In this document: one piece after another, positions 29,322-39,157 of the stretch
Layout of the letters: the number at the start of each line of letters is the position of its first letter
Numbering within the stretch: position 1 is the stretch's first letter
Program-made: the position numbers and the translations under genes
Notes under the pieces: generated by a model
What the model was told of the DNA's origin: nothing
The model's input: only the letters and a program-made list of their open reading frames with translations
Databases searched by the model: none
NCBI GenBank assembly: GCA_022616665.1
Contig: JAKEFJ010000175.1
Coordinates: 1-56,720 of the forward strand
DNA length: 56,720 bases
Reading direction: 5' to 3'
From: Acidobacteriota bacterium
Lineage (GTDB): Bacteria; Acidobacteriota; Polarisedimenticolia; Gp22-AA2; AA152

Positions 29322-30658
29322 GATTCGGCCCCTCTCGCGCTTGCGGCGGAAGCACTCCCCGCATGGCTCCTATGCTCGAAAGCCACCGCCTCCTGGGCGA
29401 TGTCCTTACGGAAATATCGATTGGAGAAATGAATGGATTCCACGGCTTTGTAAGCGGCCGAGCGGGCCTGATCAAAGCTGGCGGCGAGCGCCGTGACCCC
29501 CAGCACGCGCCCTCCCGAGCTCAGAATCGGGCCGTTCTCCGAGCGCTTCGTCCCCGCGTGAAAAACGGTGACCCCGGGCATCGCCCCGGCCTTGTCCAGC
29601 CCGTCGATGGGCCGGTCGGTCTGATAGGACTCGGGATACCCCTCCGATGCCATCACCACGCAGACCGCTCGATCGCGGTGCCACAGCACGTCAATCTTAT
29701 CCAGACGCTTCTCCACGCTGGCCAGAAGCAGCTCCGCCAGATCCGATTTGAGCCGGGGCAGCAGGACCTGGGCCTCCGGGTCGCCGAAGCGCGCATTGAA
29801 TTCCAGCACCTTGGGGCCCTGCTCGGTCAGCATGATTCCGGCGTACAGGACGCCCCGATAGGTCCGTCCCTCCCGGTCCATGCCGCGGATGGCCGGCACG
29901 AAGACCTCCTCCACCACCTGCTCGAAAATCTCCTGTGACACGTGAACGGAAGGGGAAAAAGCTCCCATGCCGCCGGTGTTCGGGCCGCGGTTCGCATCCC
30001 CGATGCGCTTGTAATCCTGGCAGGTGACCAGGGGAAATACGAATTCGCCGTCGGAGAGGGCGAAGAAGGAGACCTCTCGACCTCGCAGGAAGTCCTCGAC
30101 GATGAGGCGGTCCCCGGCGGTGCCGAACTTGCGACGCTTCATGATATCGGCCACCGCCCCTTCTGCATCGGCGGCGCTATCGGCGATCACGACGCCTTTG
30201 CCGGCGGCCAGGCCGTCGGCCTTCAGCACCACGGGGTAATCCGTCTTCTTCCGCTTCTTCAGGGTGGCCAACGCTTCCTCGTGGGAGGCGCAACTGGTGA
30301 AGGGGGCCGTGGGAATCTCGTGGCGAGCCATGAATTCCTTGGCGAAGACTTTGCTGGATTCAATCTCCGACGCCGCCTGGGAGGCAGCGAAAACCTTGAG
30401 TCCGCGTTTCTCGAACTCGTCGGCAATCCCCAGGGTCAGGGGAATCTCCGGGCCCACCACCGTCAGGTCCATCCGGACCTTCTCGGCAAAATCGCCCAGT
30501 TCCACGGTGCTGGAGGAATCGATGGGGACGCAGTCGGCTAGCGCGGCGATGCCGGCGTTGCCGGGCGCGGCGTAGAGCTCGGAGACGAGGGGGCTCTGAC
30601 GGAGCTTCCAAGCCAGAGCGTGCTCTCGCCCGCCGCCGCCCACCACCAGCACCTTCAT
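29318..30658 (-). CDS. purD: Phosphoribosylamine--glycine ligase
   Basis: MKVLVVGGGGREHALAWKL, an ATP-grasp core, and NTGGMGAFSP. Confidence 0.93.
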   Translation of the reverse strand: MKVLVVGGGGREHALAWKLRQSPLVSELYAAPGNAGIAALADCVPIDSSSTVELGDFAEKVRMDLTVVGPEIPLTLGIADEFEKRGLKVFAASQAASEIESSKVFAKEFMARHEIPTAPFTSCASHEEALATLKKRKKTDYPVVLKADGLAAGKGVVIADSAADAEGAVADIMKRRKFGTAGDRLIVEDFLRGREVSFFALSDGEFVFPLVTCQDYKRIGDANRGPNTGGMGAFSPSVHVSQEIFEQVVEEVFVPAIRGMDREGRTYRGVLYAGIMLTEQGPKVLEFNARFGDPEAQVLLPRLKSDLAELLLASVEKRLDKIDVLWHRDRAVCVVMASEGYPESYQTDRPIDGLDKAGAMPGVTVFHAGTKRSENGPILSSGGRVLGVTALAASFDQARSAAYKAVESIHFSNRYFRKDIAQEAVAFEHRSHAGSASAASARGAES

Positions 30659-30755
30659 CGCGATGGATCCTTAATCCATGAACGAATCGTCGTGAGGAGG
30701 CCAGATTCTTTCATAGCGCCAAGAAAAGTGTCAAGACGAAGTATAATTCCGCTCC

Positions 30756-32399
30756 ATGGAATTTCCGGATCAACTCTGCAACAGAATCCTCCGCACGCTT
30801 TGGCGTCACGCGCCGGTGAACGCCACTTACCTGGGGATTCACGATTACGATTACCATCTGAGCGCATTTCATCCAGACACTCTGGACAGCCAGGCCGCGG
30901 AGCTGAAGACGCACCTCGCGGAAATCCGGACGAGCCGGGAAGCCCTTCCGGAGATGACCGGAGATCAGCGCCTCGACCTGGATCTCCTGGAAGGGGAGCT
31001 CAAGACGCAGCTGAGGAGCATGCAGGAGATGCGCTCACCATTCCGCAATCCGGGCGCTTATCTGGAAGAAGCCAGCTTCGGTGTCTACATCCTCATGGTG
31101 CGCGAATTCGCTCCTCCCGAGGAGCGCGCCCGAGGAGTGCTGTCCCGGCTTCGCGAAGTGCCGAGAATCCTCTCGGAGGCGCGGCAAAACCTCCGGCAGC
31201 CGGAGGAGGTCCCCCTCCTCTGGTCGGAGATGGCGTGTGATCTGGGCGCGACCCTGTGCGAGTTTCTCTCCGAGGCGACCTTGTGGGCAGCCCGATGCGC
31301 TCCGGCGTTGGCGGAGGATGTCAAGAAAGCGGCGCGCTCGGCCCGAGAGGAGGTTCAATCCTACCTGCGCTTTCTGGAAGAGAGGGTTCATCCACGGGCC
31401 CGTGGAAGCTTCGCGACAGGTAGCGATTTTTTCGAGTTCCTGCTGAGAGAAGCGCATGGCCTGAGCGACACCGCTTCCGATCTCGAGGCTTTCGGTCAGC
31501 AGGAGATTTGTGAGACCCAGAGGCAGTTGCAAGCGATGGCGGAGGACCAGGCGGCAGGCGGATGGGAAGCGCGGGTGGAAGAATTCAAGCGCGACGTCCC
31601 GCGCGAGGAAGGTCTTCTGTCGGCCTACCGGGATGAGATCGATCGCTCACGGCGCTTCGTCCTCGAGCGAGGCCTGCTGGAGCTTCCCGCCGGGGAGCGC
31701 CTCGAGGTGGTGGAGACCCCCGTCTTCGAAAGGAAGACCACTCCCTTCGCCGCCTACGTCCCTGCGGCTCCCTTCGAGGAGCTTCAGAAGGGGTACTTCT
31801 GGGTCACGCCCCCGGAAGGGATCGTCTCGGAGGAAGAGCGGCGCCAGCACATGAAGGAGCACATGCTAGCCGCAATCCCCATCACCTGCGTGCACGAGGG
31901 CTATCCCGGTCATCATGCCCAGCTTTCCCTGGCCAACCGCGCCGGATCGCCCGTCCAGCGGCAGATCGGAACCCCGGTGCTGATCGAGGGATGGGCCCTT
32001 TACTGCGAAGAGATGATGGGGGAGCAAGGCTTCTACAGCGACCCGCGAACCCGCCTTCTGCAACTCAAGGATTACCTCTGGCGATGCAGCCGGGTGGTTA
32101 TCGATGTGGGGCTGCACACGGGTCACCTCACGTTCGAGGAGGCCGTGCAAATCCTCGTGCGGGTCGCGAAGATCAATCCCGTGAGCGCCCGGGGAGAGGT
32201 CAAGCGCTATTCCAAGACGCCGACGCAGCCGCTGTCGTACGCGGTGGGAAAACGGGAGCTCACGCGCTTGCGAGACGATGTACGCCGCCTGGAAGGCGAC
32301 CGTTTTTCCCTCAAGGAGTTCCACCGCCGACTCCTGCGCCACGGTTCCATAGCCCCCCAGCGCATTCGCGAGCAGATCTTCCCCGCGCCTCAGGCGTAA
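30756..32399 (+). CDS. DUF885 family protein (putative metallopeptidase-like)
   Basis: NATYLGIHDYD near the N-terminus and HEGYPGHH motif, as in DUF885. Confidence 0.78.
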   Translation: MEFPDQLCNRILRTLWRHAPVNATYLGIHDYDYHLSAFHPDTLDSQAAELKTHLAEIRTSREALPEMTGDQRLDLDLLEGELKTQLRSMQEMRSPFRNPGAYLEEASFGVYILMVREFAPPEERARGVLSRLREVPRILSEARQNLRQPEEVPLLWSEMACDLGATLCEFLSEATLWAARCAPALAEDVKKAARSAREEVQSYLRFLEERVHPRARGSFATGSDFFEFLLREAHGLSDTASDLEAFGQQEICETQRQLQAMAEDQAAGGWEARVEEFKRDVPREEGLLSAYRDEIDRSRRFVLERGLLELPAGERLEVVETPVFERKTTPFAAYVPAAPFEELQKGYFWVTPPEGIVSEEERRQHMKEHMLAAIPITCVHEGYPGHHAQLSLANRAGSPVQRQIGTPVLIEGWALYCEEMMGEQGFYSDPRTRLLQLKDYLWRCSRVVIDVGLHTGHLTFEEAVQILVRVAKINPVSARGEVKRYSKTPTQPLSYAVGKRELTRLRDDVRRLEGDRFSLKEFHRRLLRHGSIAPQRIREQIFPAPQA

Positions 32400-34126
32400 T
32401 AGCTCAGCAGCGCATCCACGAAGGCGTCGGCAATCTTTTGCCGGAAGGCGGGATCCGTGAGAGTGCGGGCATCGGCGGGATTGTTGATATTGCAGACCTC
32501 CAAGAGGATCTGCACCGAGACTTCGTTGCAGCGAAGCACTGCGGGGACCCAGGGGCGGGTGCGACGGATGATCCGGTCGCGGACGGGCTGGTAGGGGTGG
32601 ATACGCGCCCCGCGCTGCTTCAAGGCCTTCAGCAGGTGGGCGGCGAACTCCCGGGATAGTCCCTCGGATTTCTGCCTCTGCTCGCGCGTGAAGGAGACGT
32701 GGCTCTTCTCCCGCACCTCCCTTCGCGCCTGGTAGGTGGCCCCGTTGAATCCGTAAGTCTTGGCCCGGTACTTCTCGCCGGGGACGTAGATCATCGTCCC
32801 CCTCAGGCTGGGATGCAGCGAGTCGGCGTGCAGGGAGGCGAAGACGACCTTGTCGGGGTCCACTCCCTTCCTTCGCAGACTTCTCAGATAGGAGTTGGAC
32901 AGATACCAGCGCAGATTGACTCCCACGTCGTTGGGTGCCGAGGAAGCCAGCCGCAGCGGCGGCGTGGTGAGGATCGACTCGGACTGGTTCAGGGGGATGC
33001 CGTGGGTTTCGAAGATTCGGAAGCCGTACTGCGTGTCGCGGATCGTGGTGAGTACCTGGGCCGCCGTGTTCTTTTCCAGCCGGGCCTTGATCCGGCATAG
33101 CACATCATAGACGTAATCGCTCTCCCAGACCCCGTTGCGGGAAGCGCCGATGTCCCGCCCTCCGTGACCGGAGTCCAGGATGACCGTCACCCCTTCCAGG
33201 TCCCGGCTGATGGCCTGGTTCTTGAAGCGCTCCACCTCCCTCCGGCTCAGCTCGAATTCAATGCGCCGCAAATCTCCGGGCGGCAGGAACTCCGGCATGA
33301 TGGAATCGCGGGGGATCTTTACCTGGTATCCCACGGCCAGGCTGCTCACGTCTTCGATGCCGCTGCGCCGGGCCACCAGGCTGGCCATCTGGTTCACCTC
33401 GTCGGCGTCCAGCAATCCGGTAAACCGGACCACGACCGAAGAATAAATCGCTTCGCCCTTCTTGAGCCGGTAGGCACCGTACTCGCCCTGCTCATCCCGG
33501 CCGAAACTTAGATCCCCGGCCTCGGTGGGCGGCACCTGTGCAAAGATTGGCAGTAGCAGCGATCGATGAATCCTCAGGACCCGACCGGAAATTGGAGTCA
33601 GGTCCCGTAGCCCGTTCATCTCAGCGATCGCCTGGAAGTTCTTCCCCTCCCCCGTGAACCAGAGGGCCAGATGCCAGAGGCTCTCGGCCGCCATGGGAAT
33701 TCTCCCTCGGCCCACCGGGTGCAGCCAGTATTCGCCCTCCAGCCGGTCCTCGGGGAAGAGGCGTGCCATGGTCAGGAATTGGTAAGCTTCCCGAAGGTCT
33801 TCATAGGGCACGACCACGTAGCGCTTCGCCGGGCGCTTGGGCTCCTCGGGGTTGAAGGCCTTGACGGTCTCCCAGCGGGCCGGATCCCGCAACACACGGC
33901 GCGCCACGTCCTCGTCGGTATCGGACTTTTGGCGGAGAACCTCCAGGAAGAGCGCGTTTTCTTCACTTAGAAAAATCCGGATTTCCGGGGTCACCTCGAA
34001 GGTCCGCAGGCTCTCGGGGAGCTGGAGCGAGGGACCGGCTGGAGCGGACTTGTCTTCCGAGGAGCGAAGGATGTGAGGCGCCGCCATCAGAATCGCCAAG
34101 ACGGCGAAGAGTAGGCGACGGAGCAT
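32390..34126 (-). CDS. N-acetylmuramoyl-L-alanine amidase (Amidase_3) with a long N-terminal region
   Basis: ILDSGHGGRDIGA ... SLHADS ... zinc-amidase motifs. Start at MLRRLLFAVLAILMAAP (signal peptide). Its 3' end overlaps the DUF885 gene convergently by 10 nt. Confidence 0.8.
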   Translation of the reverse strand: MLRRLLFAVLAILMAAPHILRSSEDKSAPAGPSLQLPESLRTFEVTPEIRIFLSEENALFLEVLRQKSDTDEDVARRVLRDPARWETVKAFNPEEPKRPAKRYVVVPYEDLREAYQFLTMARLFPEDRLEGEYWLHPVGRGRIPMAAESLWHLALWFTGEGKNFQAIAEMNGLRDLTPISGRVLRIHRSLLLPIFAQVPPTEAGDLSFGRDEQGEYGAYRLKKGEAIYSSVVVRFTGLLDADEVNQMASLVARRSGIEDVSSLAVGYQVKIPRDSIMPEFLPPGDLRRIEFELSRREVERFKNQAISRDLEGVTVILDSGHGGRDIGASRNGVWESDYVYDVLCRIKARLEKNTAAQVLTTIRDTQYGFRIFETHGIPLNQSESILTTPPLRLASSAPNDVGVNLRWYLSNSYLRSLRRKGVDPDKVVFASLHADSLHPSLRGTMIYVPGEKYRAKTYGFNGATYQARREVREKSHVSFTREQRQKSEGLSREFAAHLLKALKQRGARIHPYQPVRDRIIRRTRPWVPAVLRCNEVSVQILLEVCNINNPADARTLTDPAFRQKIADAFVDALLSYYA

Positions 34127-34133
34127 CAATGCT

Positions 34134-35609
34134 TCAGGCGTCCAGGGCTTTCGGCCGGTGGTGGGAACGAAAGTCCATCTCCGACTCCAGCGCCGCGGCG
34201 ACACCCAGGAGGCGCGGCTCGGAGAAGGCGGGACCGACGATCTGCGCGCCGATGGGAAGGCCGTCGCGGGCGATCCCGCAGGGGAGTGAGAGGGCGGGGA
34301 TGCCCACGAGATTGATGGTGGCGGTGAATATGTCCGACAGGTACATCTGCAAGGGATCTTCGGTTTTTTCCCCGAATCGGAAGGCCGTGGAAGGGGTGGT
34401 GGGAGTGACGATCAAATCGACCTTCTCGAAGGCCGCATCGAAATCGGCCTTCAGGAGGGTGCGCACCTTTTGAGCCTTGAGGTAATAGGCATCGTAGTAT
34501 CCGGAGCTGAGGACATAGGTCCCCAGCATGATCCGCCGCTTCACTTCCCGGCCGAAGCCCTCCGAGCGGCTCCTGCGGTACATCTCCCCCAGAACGTGCG
34601 CCCCCTCGGCACGGTAGCCGTACCGGACGCCGTCGTATCGAGCCAGGTTTGAAGAGGCCTCCGCGGTGGCCAAGATGTAATAAGTGGGGATACTGAAATC
34701 GGTGTGCGGCAGGGAGAGCTCTTCCACCCGGGCCCCCATGGCCTCGGCCCGGGTCAGCATGGCGCGGACCGCCCCCTCGATCTGCGAATCCAGTCCCGCG
34801 GGAAAGTACTCTTTCGGGACTCCCAGGCGGATGGATCGCAGGGGAGCGGAGAGTTGCGAGGCGTAATCAGGCACCGGCACGCGGGCCGAGGTGGAATCAC
34901 GAGGATCATACCCGGCGATCACCGAGAGGGTGCGCGCCAGGTCCTCCACGGTCTTGCCGAAAGGCCCAATCTGATCCAGGGAAGAGGCGAAGGCGACCAG
35001 TCCGAAGCGGGAGACCCTGCCGTAAGTGGTCTTGAGTCCGGGCACACCGCAGAAGGCAGCAGGCTGTCGGATGGATCCGCCGGTGTCGGTGCCCAGGGAC
35101 ACAGGCGCCATGTCGGCTGCAACGGCCGCCGCCGATCCGCCGCTCGAACCTCCCGGAACCCGGTCGAGGTCCCACGGATTGCGGGTCTTTTCGAATGCCG
35201 AGTTCTCCGTGGAGGAGCCCATGGCGAATTCGTCCATGTTCGTTTTCCCAAGGATGACGGCTCCCGCCTCCTTGAGGCGCCGGATCACGGTGGCATCGTA
35301 GGGGGGAATGAACTTCTCGAGGACTCTCGAGCCGCAGGTCGTGGGGTGGCCCGCCAGGCAGAGGACATCCTTCAGAGCAACGGGCAGGCCCGCCAGGGAG
35401 CCCGGATCCTCACCCCGTGAGAAAGCACCGTCGATGGCCTCGGCGGTGGCGAGTGCTTCCTCCTCAAGAATGCAGCGAAATGCCCGAACTCTCCCCTCGA
35501 CGGCTTTCATTCGCCGCAGGCAGGCCCGGGTGGCCTCCTGTGAGGAGATCTCCCGGGATCGAATGCGGCGCAGGAGCTCGGAGCCTGAGAGGCGAAAGAG
35601 TTCTTCCAT
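34134..35609 (-). CDS. gatA: Asp-tRNA(Asn)/Glu-tRNA(Gln) amidotransferase subunit A
   Basis: Amidase signature GGSSGGSAAAVAA. Start at MEELFRLSGSELLRRI (Met27 of the ORF). Confidence 0.93.
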   Translation of the reverse strand: MEELFRLSGSELLRRIRSREISSQEATRACLRRMKAVEGRVRAFRCILEEEALATAEAIDGAFSRGEDPGSLAGLPVALKDVLCLAGHPTTCGSRVLEKFIPPYDATVIRRLKEAGAVILGKTNMDEFAMGSSTENSAFEKTRNPWDLDRVPGGSSGGSAAAVAADMAPVSLGTDTGGSIRQPAAFCGVPGLKTTYGRVSRFGLVAFASSLDQIGPFGKTVEDLARTLSVIAGYDPRDSTSARVPVPDYASQLSAPLRSIRLGVPKEYFPAGLDSQIEGAVRAMLTRAEAMGARVEELSLPHTDFSIPTYYILATAEASSNLARYDGVRYGYRAEGAHVLGEMYRRSRSEGFGREVKRRIMLGTYVLSSGYYDAYYLKAQKVRTLLKADFDAAFEKVDLIVTPTTPSTAFRFGEKTEDPLQMYLSDIFTATINLVGIPALSLPCGIARDGLPIGAQIVGPAFSEPRLLGVAAALESEMDFRSHHRPKALDA

Positions 35610-35613
35610 GCTT

Positions 35614-35901
35614 CTAGCCGATGACCTTGGGGACCGTGAAGTGCTGGTCCTTCGATTCGGGGGCGTTCGCCAGCGCCTGAGGGACACTCAGAGACCGAAT
35701 CGTGCGGTCCTCCCGCAAGGTCTGCTCCATCCGGGTCACATGGGAGGTGGGCTCGATCCGCGCGGTGTCCAACTCGTTGAGCTTGTCGATGTATCTCAGA
35801 ATGGAATCGAGCTGGCGGGTGAAAAGCTCCAGCTCCTGGTTGGAAAAATCGAGGTTGGCGAGGCGCGCGACGTGGCGGACGGTGTCGATCCCGATTTTCA
35901 T
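35614..35901 (-). CDS. gatC: Asp-tRNA(Asn)/Glu-tRNA(Gln) amidotransferase subunit C
   Basis: 95 aa. MKIGIDTVRHVARLANLDFSNQELELF...; sits directly upstream of gatA. Confidence 0.9.
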   Translation of the reverse strand: MKIGIDTVRHVARLANLDFSNQELELFTRQLDSILRYIDKLNELDTARIEPTSHVTRMEQTLREDRTIRSLSVPQALANAPESKDQHFTVPKVIG

Positions 35902-36039
35902 GAAGTGCGGTTCTCCCCAGAGATTCTCCGCGCGCCGCGCGGCCGGAAGCATAGAGGAAGGGGGAAGAGAATTCAAGAATGCGGCGGAGTGGTTGATGCC
36001 GCTTGACGCCAGGGGAATCGATGGGGAGAATCTCACACC

Positions 36040-36975
36040 GTGCAACCTCCCCGGATTCGAGCTCTTCCAGTCCTCCTGACTCTTCTCTGCCTGTCCACGC
36101 TCTCACCGAGTGCCGAGGAGGGAGGCGTCTCCCCGGCCATGCCGATCGACCTCACCGTGGAAATTCTCAAGGTGGGGCCAGGCGGCACCGAGACCCTCGC
36201 GACCGACCAGGCGAGGGTGTTTTTGGGAAAGGGGGCGCTGCTGGCTCGAGACGTGACCCTGATGGGGAGATCGCCGTTGAAAGAGCCTCTGACCGAAAAG
36301 CTCCGGCTGCGCGCCGAGCTCCGGCCGTTGGGGGTGACGCAGGCCGGCCTCGCTCTCGTGTTGAAGTCGAAGGTCCAGGTCCTGGCTCTGAGCGGCAGCG
36401 GCCAGATTCCCCGCGGGGACATCACCCGGAGCCTCAACCTGGAAATTGCCCAAGGCGCCTCCGAGCTGGTCACCGTCTACGAATCCCCGCCCCTGGATAC
36501 GAAGGTGACGCTCCATGTGAAGTGGAGCCTGGCGGAGGATTCGGAGGCTCCGGGTGCTGATCCGACCCAGGTGGCGCTCATCGCCCGGGTGTTCGAAGTG
36601 GGTGACTCGGGAGAGACCCTGCTGGCCGATCACCGATTGGTGGCGGTTGTGGGGCACCCTGCTTCCACGACCGTCGACCGCCTCGTGCCTCTTCCAGGAA
36701 ATGAGCCGAAGAAGGTACGCCAGGATCGGTTGGAAATCACCCTTGTGCCCCTCACCCTCTCGGGTCGAAACCTGAGCCTGTCGTTGGAGGTGAGCGGGGA
36801 AATCGCGACCCTGACTTCAGAGGGGAACCAGTCCCATCCCCTGGCCCACCAGGGAAACTACCTGCTGTCCCCCGGAGTTCCGGAGGGTGCCGAGCTGGAG
36901 GTCCGCTCCGGTTCAGCCGGCAAGGAGGGCTGGCTCCGAGTCCGTTTTCGGATAGAAATCACGGCGCTTTTTTGA
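36040..36975 (+). CDS. Hypothetical secreted protein with tandem internal duplication
   Basis: GTG start. Signal peptide ALPVLLTLLCLSTLSPSAEE. Two ~130-aa beta-rich halves share a VG..GETL.A...RL...PL...L.L.L pattern. Ends ...RFRIEITALF. Confidence 0.55.
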   Translation: MQPPRIRALPVLLTLLCLSTLSPSAEEGGVSPAMPIDLTVEILKVGPGGTETLATDQARVFLGKGALLARDVTLMGRSPLKEPLTEKLRLRAELRPLGVTQAGLALVLKSKVQVLALSGSGQIPRGDITRSLNLEIAQGASELVTVYESPPLDTKVTLHVKWSLAEDSEAPGADPTQVALIARVFEVGDSGETLLADHRLVAVVGHPASTTVDRLVPLPGNEPKKVRQDRLEITLVPLTLSGRNLSLSLEVSGEIATLTSEGNQSHPLAHQGNYLLSPGVPEGAELEVRSGSAGKEGWLRVRFRIEITALF

Positions 36976-37007
36976 TCCCCGTTCGTTCATCAAATCTCCC
37001 GGACAGT

Positions 37008-37036
37008 TTGACATAGCTTGCTGACTCAATTAAGGT
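37008..37036 (+). promoter_or_regulatory. Candidate sigma70-type promoter (TTGACA-N17-TAAGGT) ahead of the barrel/kinase/regulator module
   Basis: Hexamers at 37008-37013 and 37031-37036, within a locally AT-richer spacer. Confidence 0.35.
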
Positions 37037-37213
37037 AAGCGCTCGTCTGAGCGGCCGAAACCTTTCGATTTTGTTCCGATCCATTCGAGAGGTTCCAACC
37101 TGCACAAAGGCTTTCAACTCCTCGGGCTTCTAGCCCTCCTTCCGGCGGTCCTTCTATATCCGGCGAGCGCGGCGGCAGCGCAGGCTGAAACACCCCTGCT
37201 GGGACTTGGTGTC

Positions 37214-39157
37214 GTGCGGGACAGGCTGGGCCGAGGCCTCCCCGGCGTGGAAATCGTCGTATTCTCCCTAGGCACCACAGCCAGCGCCCCCCTTGCCATC
37301 CTACTTACTGATGATCGCGGGCGCTTCAGCCTCGAGGGAATCGGTTCGGGGAACTTCCTGTTGGCCTTGAACAAGCCCGGGTATCCCGTCCGTCTGGCCC
37401 AGGCCAACAGCCGCCTCCTCTCGCTGCTTCAGATCCAGCTTGGGCCCGATGTGAATCCGGCGCTGGGGGAGAACTCTTCGAGCGACTCGATGGATTGGGT
37501 CCTTCGGCTGCCTCGCACCGACATCTTGAAGGAGGAGGATCCTCAGGTCCCGGAGCCGTTCGTCTCGCACGACGGGGGAGGCGGCAAGACAGGCTTCACA
37601 GGTTCCGGATCCCCACCCATCGCACTGGAAACTGGCCGGCTTCCGGTGAGCGGCGAGGTGAACCAGTGGTATACCTCCAGTCTTGCCGGAATGGGTGGGA
37701 GCCCCCAAGCGCCAGGATCCAGCGGCCGAGCCACCACGGTCCAGGTAGCAGGGGATCTCCTGGGACGGGGCGACTGGGAGGTTCGCGGCCTGGCCGAAAG
37801 CCTCAGCACCGAAGGAGCAGCCTTGGGAGGATTCGTGAGCGATCAGGGAGCCAACCGGTTGCGGGTCGCAATGCGATACAAGGTCTCTCCCGAGGATTCC
37901 GTTCAGGTCCAGGCTCGCTTTGATCGCGACAGTTATCGCGCGGATGGAGAATCCGAGGCCTTCGCACCCTCCAGTCAGGCGGTTCGAACCTTGGGGTACC
38001 AGGCCAACTGGACACGCAACCTGGGGAAGGACAGCGGCCTGCAAGTGGCCACGGGCTTTATCCACGCCCAGGCGAGCGTCCCTTGGGACGTCGAAGCGGG
38101 AAGCGGGTCGGGTGAGCGGGGGGACGAACTTCGGGATTGGCACTGGAACGCCCAGGCTGGTTATCGCCTGCAGCTCCCGCGGGCGCATCGCCTCTCCCTG
38201 GCAGCCCGGACTCGAGTCTATAACTACGATCAACGCGACGCCGGGTGGATTTTGGCTCCCATCCGTCCGGACCTCTCCATGCTGGACTCCGGTCAGCGAG
38301 GCTGGGGGCTGTCGTTGTCTGGAGAAGATACCTGGCAGTTGTCCCAGCCGGTCAGCTTGATCCTGGGCCTCGACACCCACGTCTCCGAAGGAATGGATCG
38401 CAATGTCATTCTGGTCCCAAGGATCGGGGCCCGGAAGCAGGGAGAGCAATCCACCCTGCAAGGGTGGGTTCTCGTCCGAACCGACAACCTTGGATCTGAT
38501 TCCCGCCAGGGCGGGTTCATCGGACGGGGAGCCACGGAATCCGAGACTCTGGGCTTCCGAGCAGAGATCCTCCAGAGATTCCAGGGGAACTGGGTGGTGG
38601 GCGGGCACGTCGAGCGCAATCCACTCGGTGCCTCCGCCATCCTGAGCCAGCCTGGAATCTCCGATCCCTCCACTCCGGAGGTGATGCTCATCACTGATCC
38701 GTCCGCCTGGTCCCAGGAGGCCGGTTTCTCGGTATCCAAGAGCCTGAAAGGGGTGGAGGGGAGCCTCGAGTCGGATCACGGTCGGGTCGTGGGGAGAATG
38801 GCTGGCGGTCTGACCGAGGCCCCGGTGCTGGTTCTGGAAGAGGGGGGAGTTAGGTACCTGGCGGTGAAGGTTACCGCCAATGTCCAGAAGACCGATACCC
38901 AGGTGCGTCTGGACTACACGCACCTGACGGAAACGGAAGTTGACGAGACAGCGGGGACGGCGCTGAGCGCTTCACGGGTCGACGTGGTGATTCTGCAGCC
39001 CATTCCTTTTGTGTCCAATCGTGGTGCTGGCGCATGGAGGATTCTCCTGGGATTCCAGTCGCTCTCCCGGGGCCCGGGTTCGGGAACCGAGCCTCTGGAG
39101 AATGCGATGCCGGAGAAGATCAACCGATTCAGCGGCGGCGTGGGGGTGAGCTTCTGA
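37214..39157 (+). CDS. CarboxypepD_reg-like domain protein with a putative plug-less outer-membrane beta-barrel
   Basis: GVEIVVFSLG...TDDRGRFSLEGIGSGNFLLALNKPGY (CarboxypepD_reg-like), then many amphipathic beta-strand-like segments. Ends GGVGVSF (terminal Phe, OMP beta-signal-like). The frame stays open upstream to 37034 and encodes a signal peptide, so the true start may be CTG 37100 (see findings). Confidence 0.7.
   Translation: MRDRLGRGLPGVEIVVFSLGTTASAPLAILLTDDRGRFSLEGIGSGNFLLALNKPGYPVRLAQANSRLLSLLQIQLGPDVNPALGENSSSDSMDWVLRLPRTDILKEEDPQVPEPFVSHDGGGGKTGFTGSGSPPIALETGRLPVSGEVNQWYTSSLAGMGGSPQAPGSSGRATTVQVAGDLLGRGDWEVRGLAESLSTEGAALGGFVSDQGANRLRVAMRYKVSPEDSVQVQARFDRDSYRADGESEAFAPSSQAVRTLGYQANWTRNLGKDSGLQVATGFIHAQASVPWDVEAGSGSGERGDELRDWHWNAQAGYRLQLPRAHRLSLAARTRVYNYDQRDAGWILAPIRPDLSMLDSGQRGWGLSLSGEDTWQLSQPVSLILGLDTHVSEGMDRNVILVPRIGARKQGEQSTLQGWVLVRTDNLGSDSRQGGFIGRGATESETLGFRAEILQRFQGNWVVGGHVERNPLGASAILSQPGISDPSTPEVMLITDPSAWSQEAGFSVSKSLKGVEGSLESDHGRVVGRMAGGLTEAPVLVLEEGGVRYLAVKVTANVQKTDTQVRLDYTHLTETEVDETAGTALSASRVDVVILQPIPFVSNRGAGAWRILLGFQSLSRGPGSGTEPLENAMPEKINRFSGGVGVSF

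Noticed and set aside
27520-29475. 651-aa ORF read as a single protein
   Set aside because: Only the C-terminal ~431 aa (from GTG 28815) are MtaB-like. The upstream part runs in an alternative frame across purE and the 3' end of purD, which have clear motifs in their own frames, and it translates to Arg/Gly/Pro-rich sequence.
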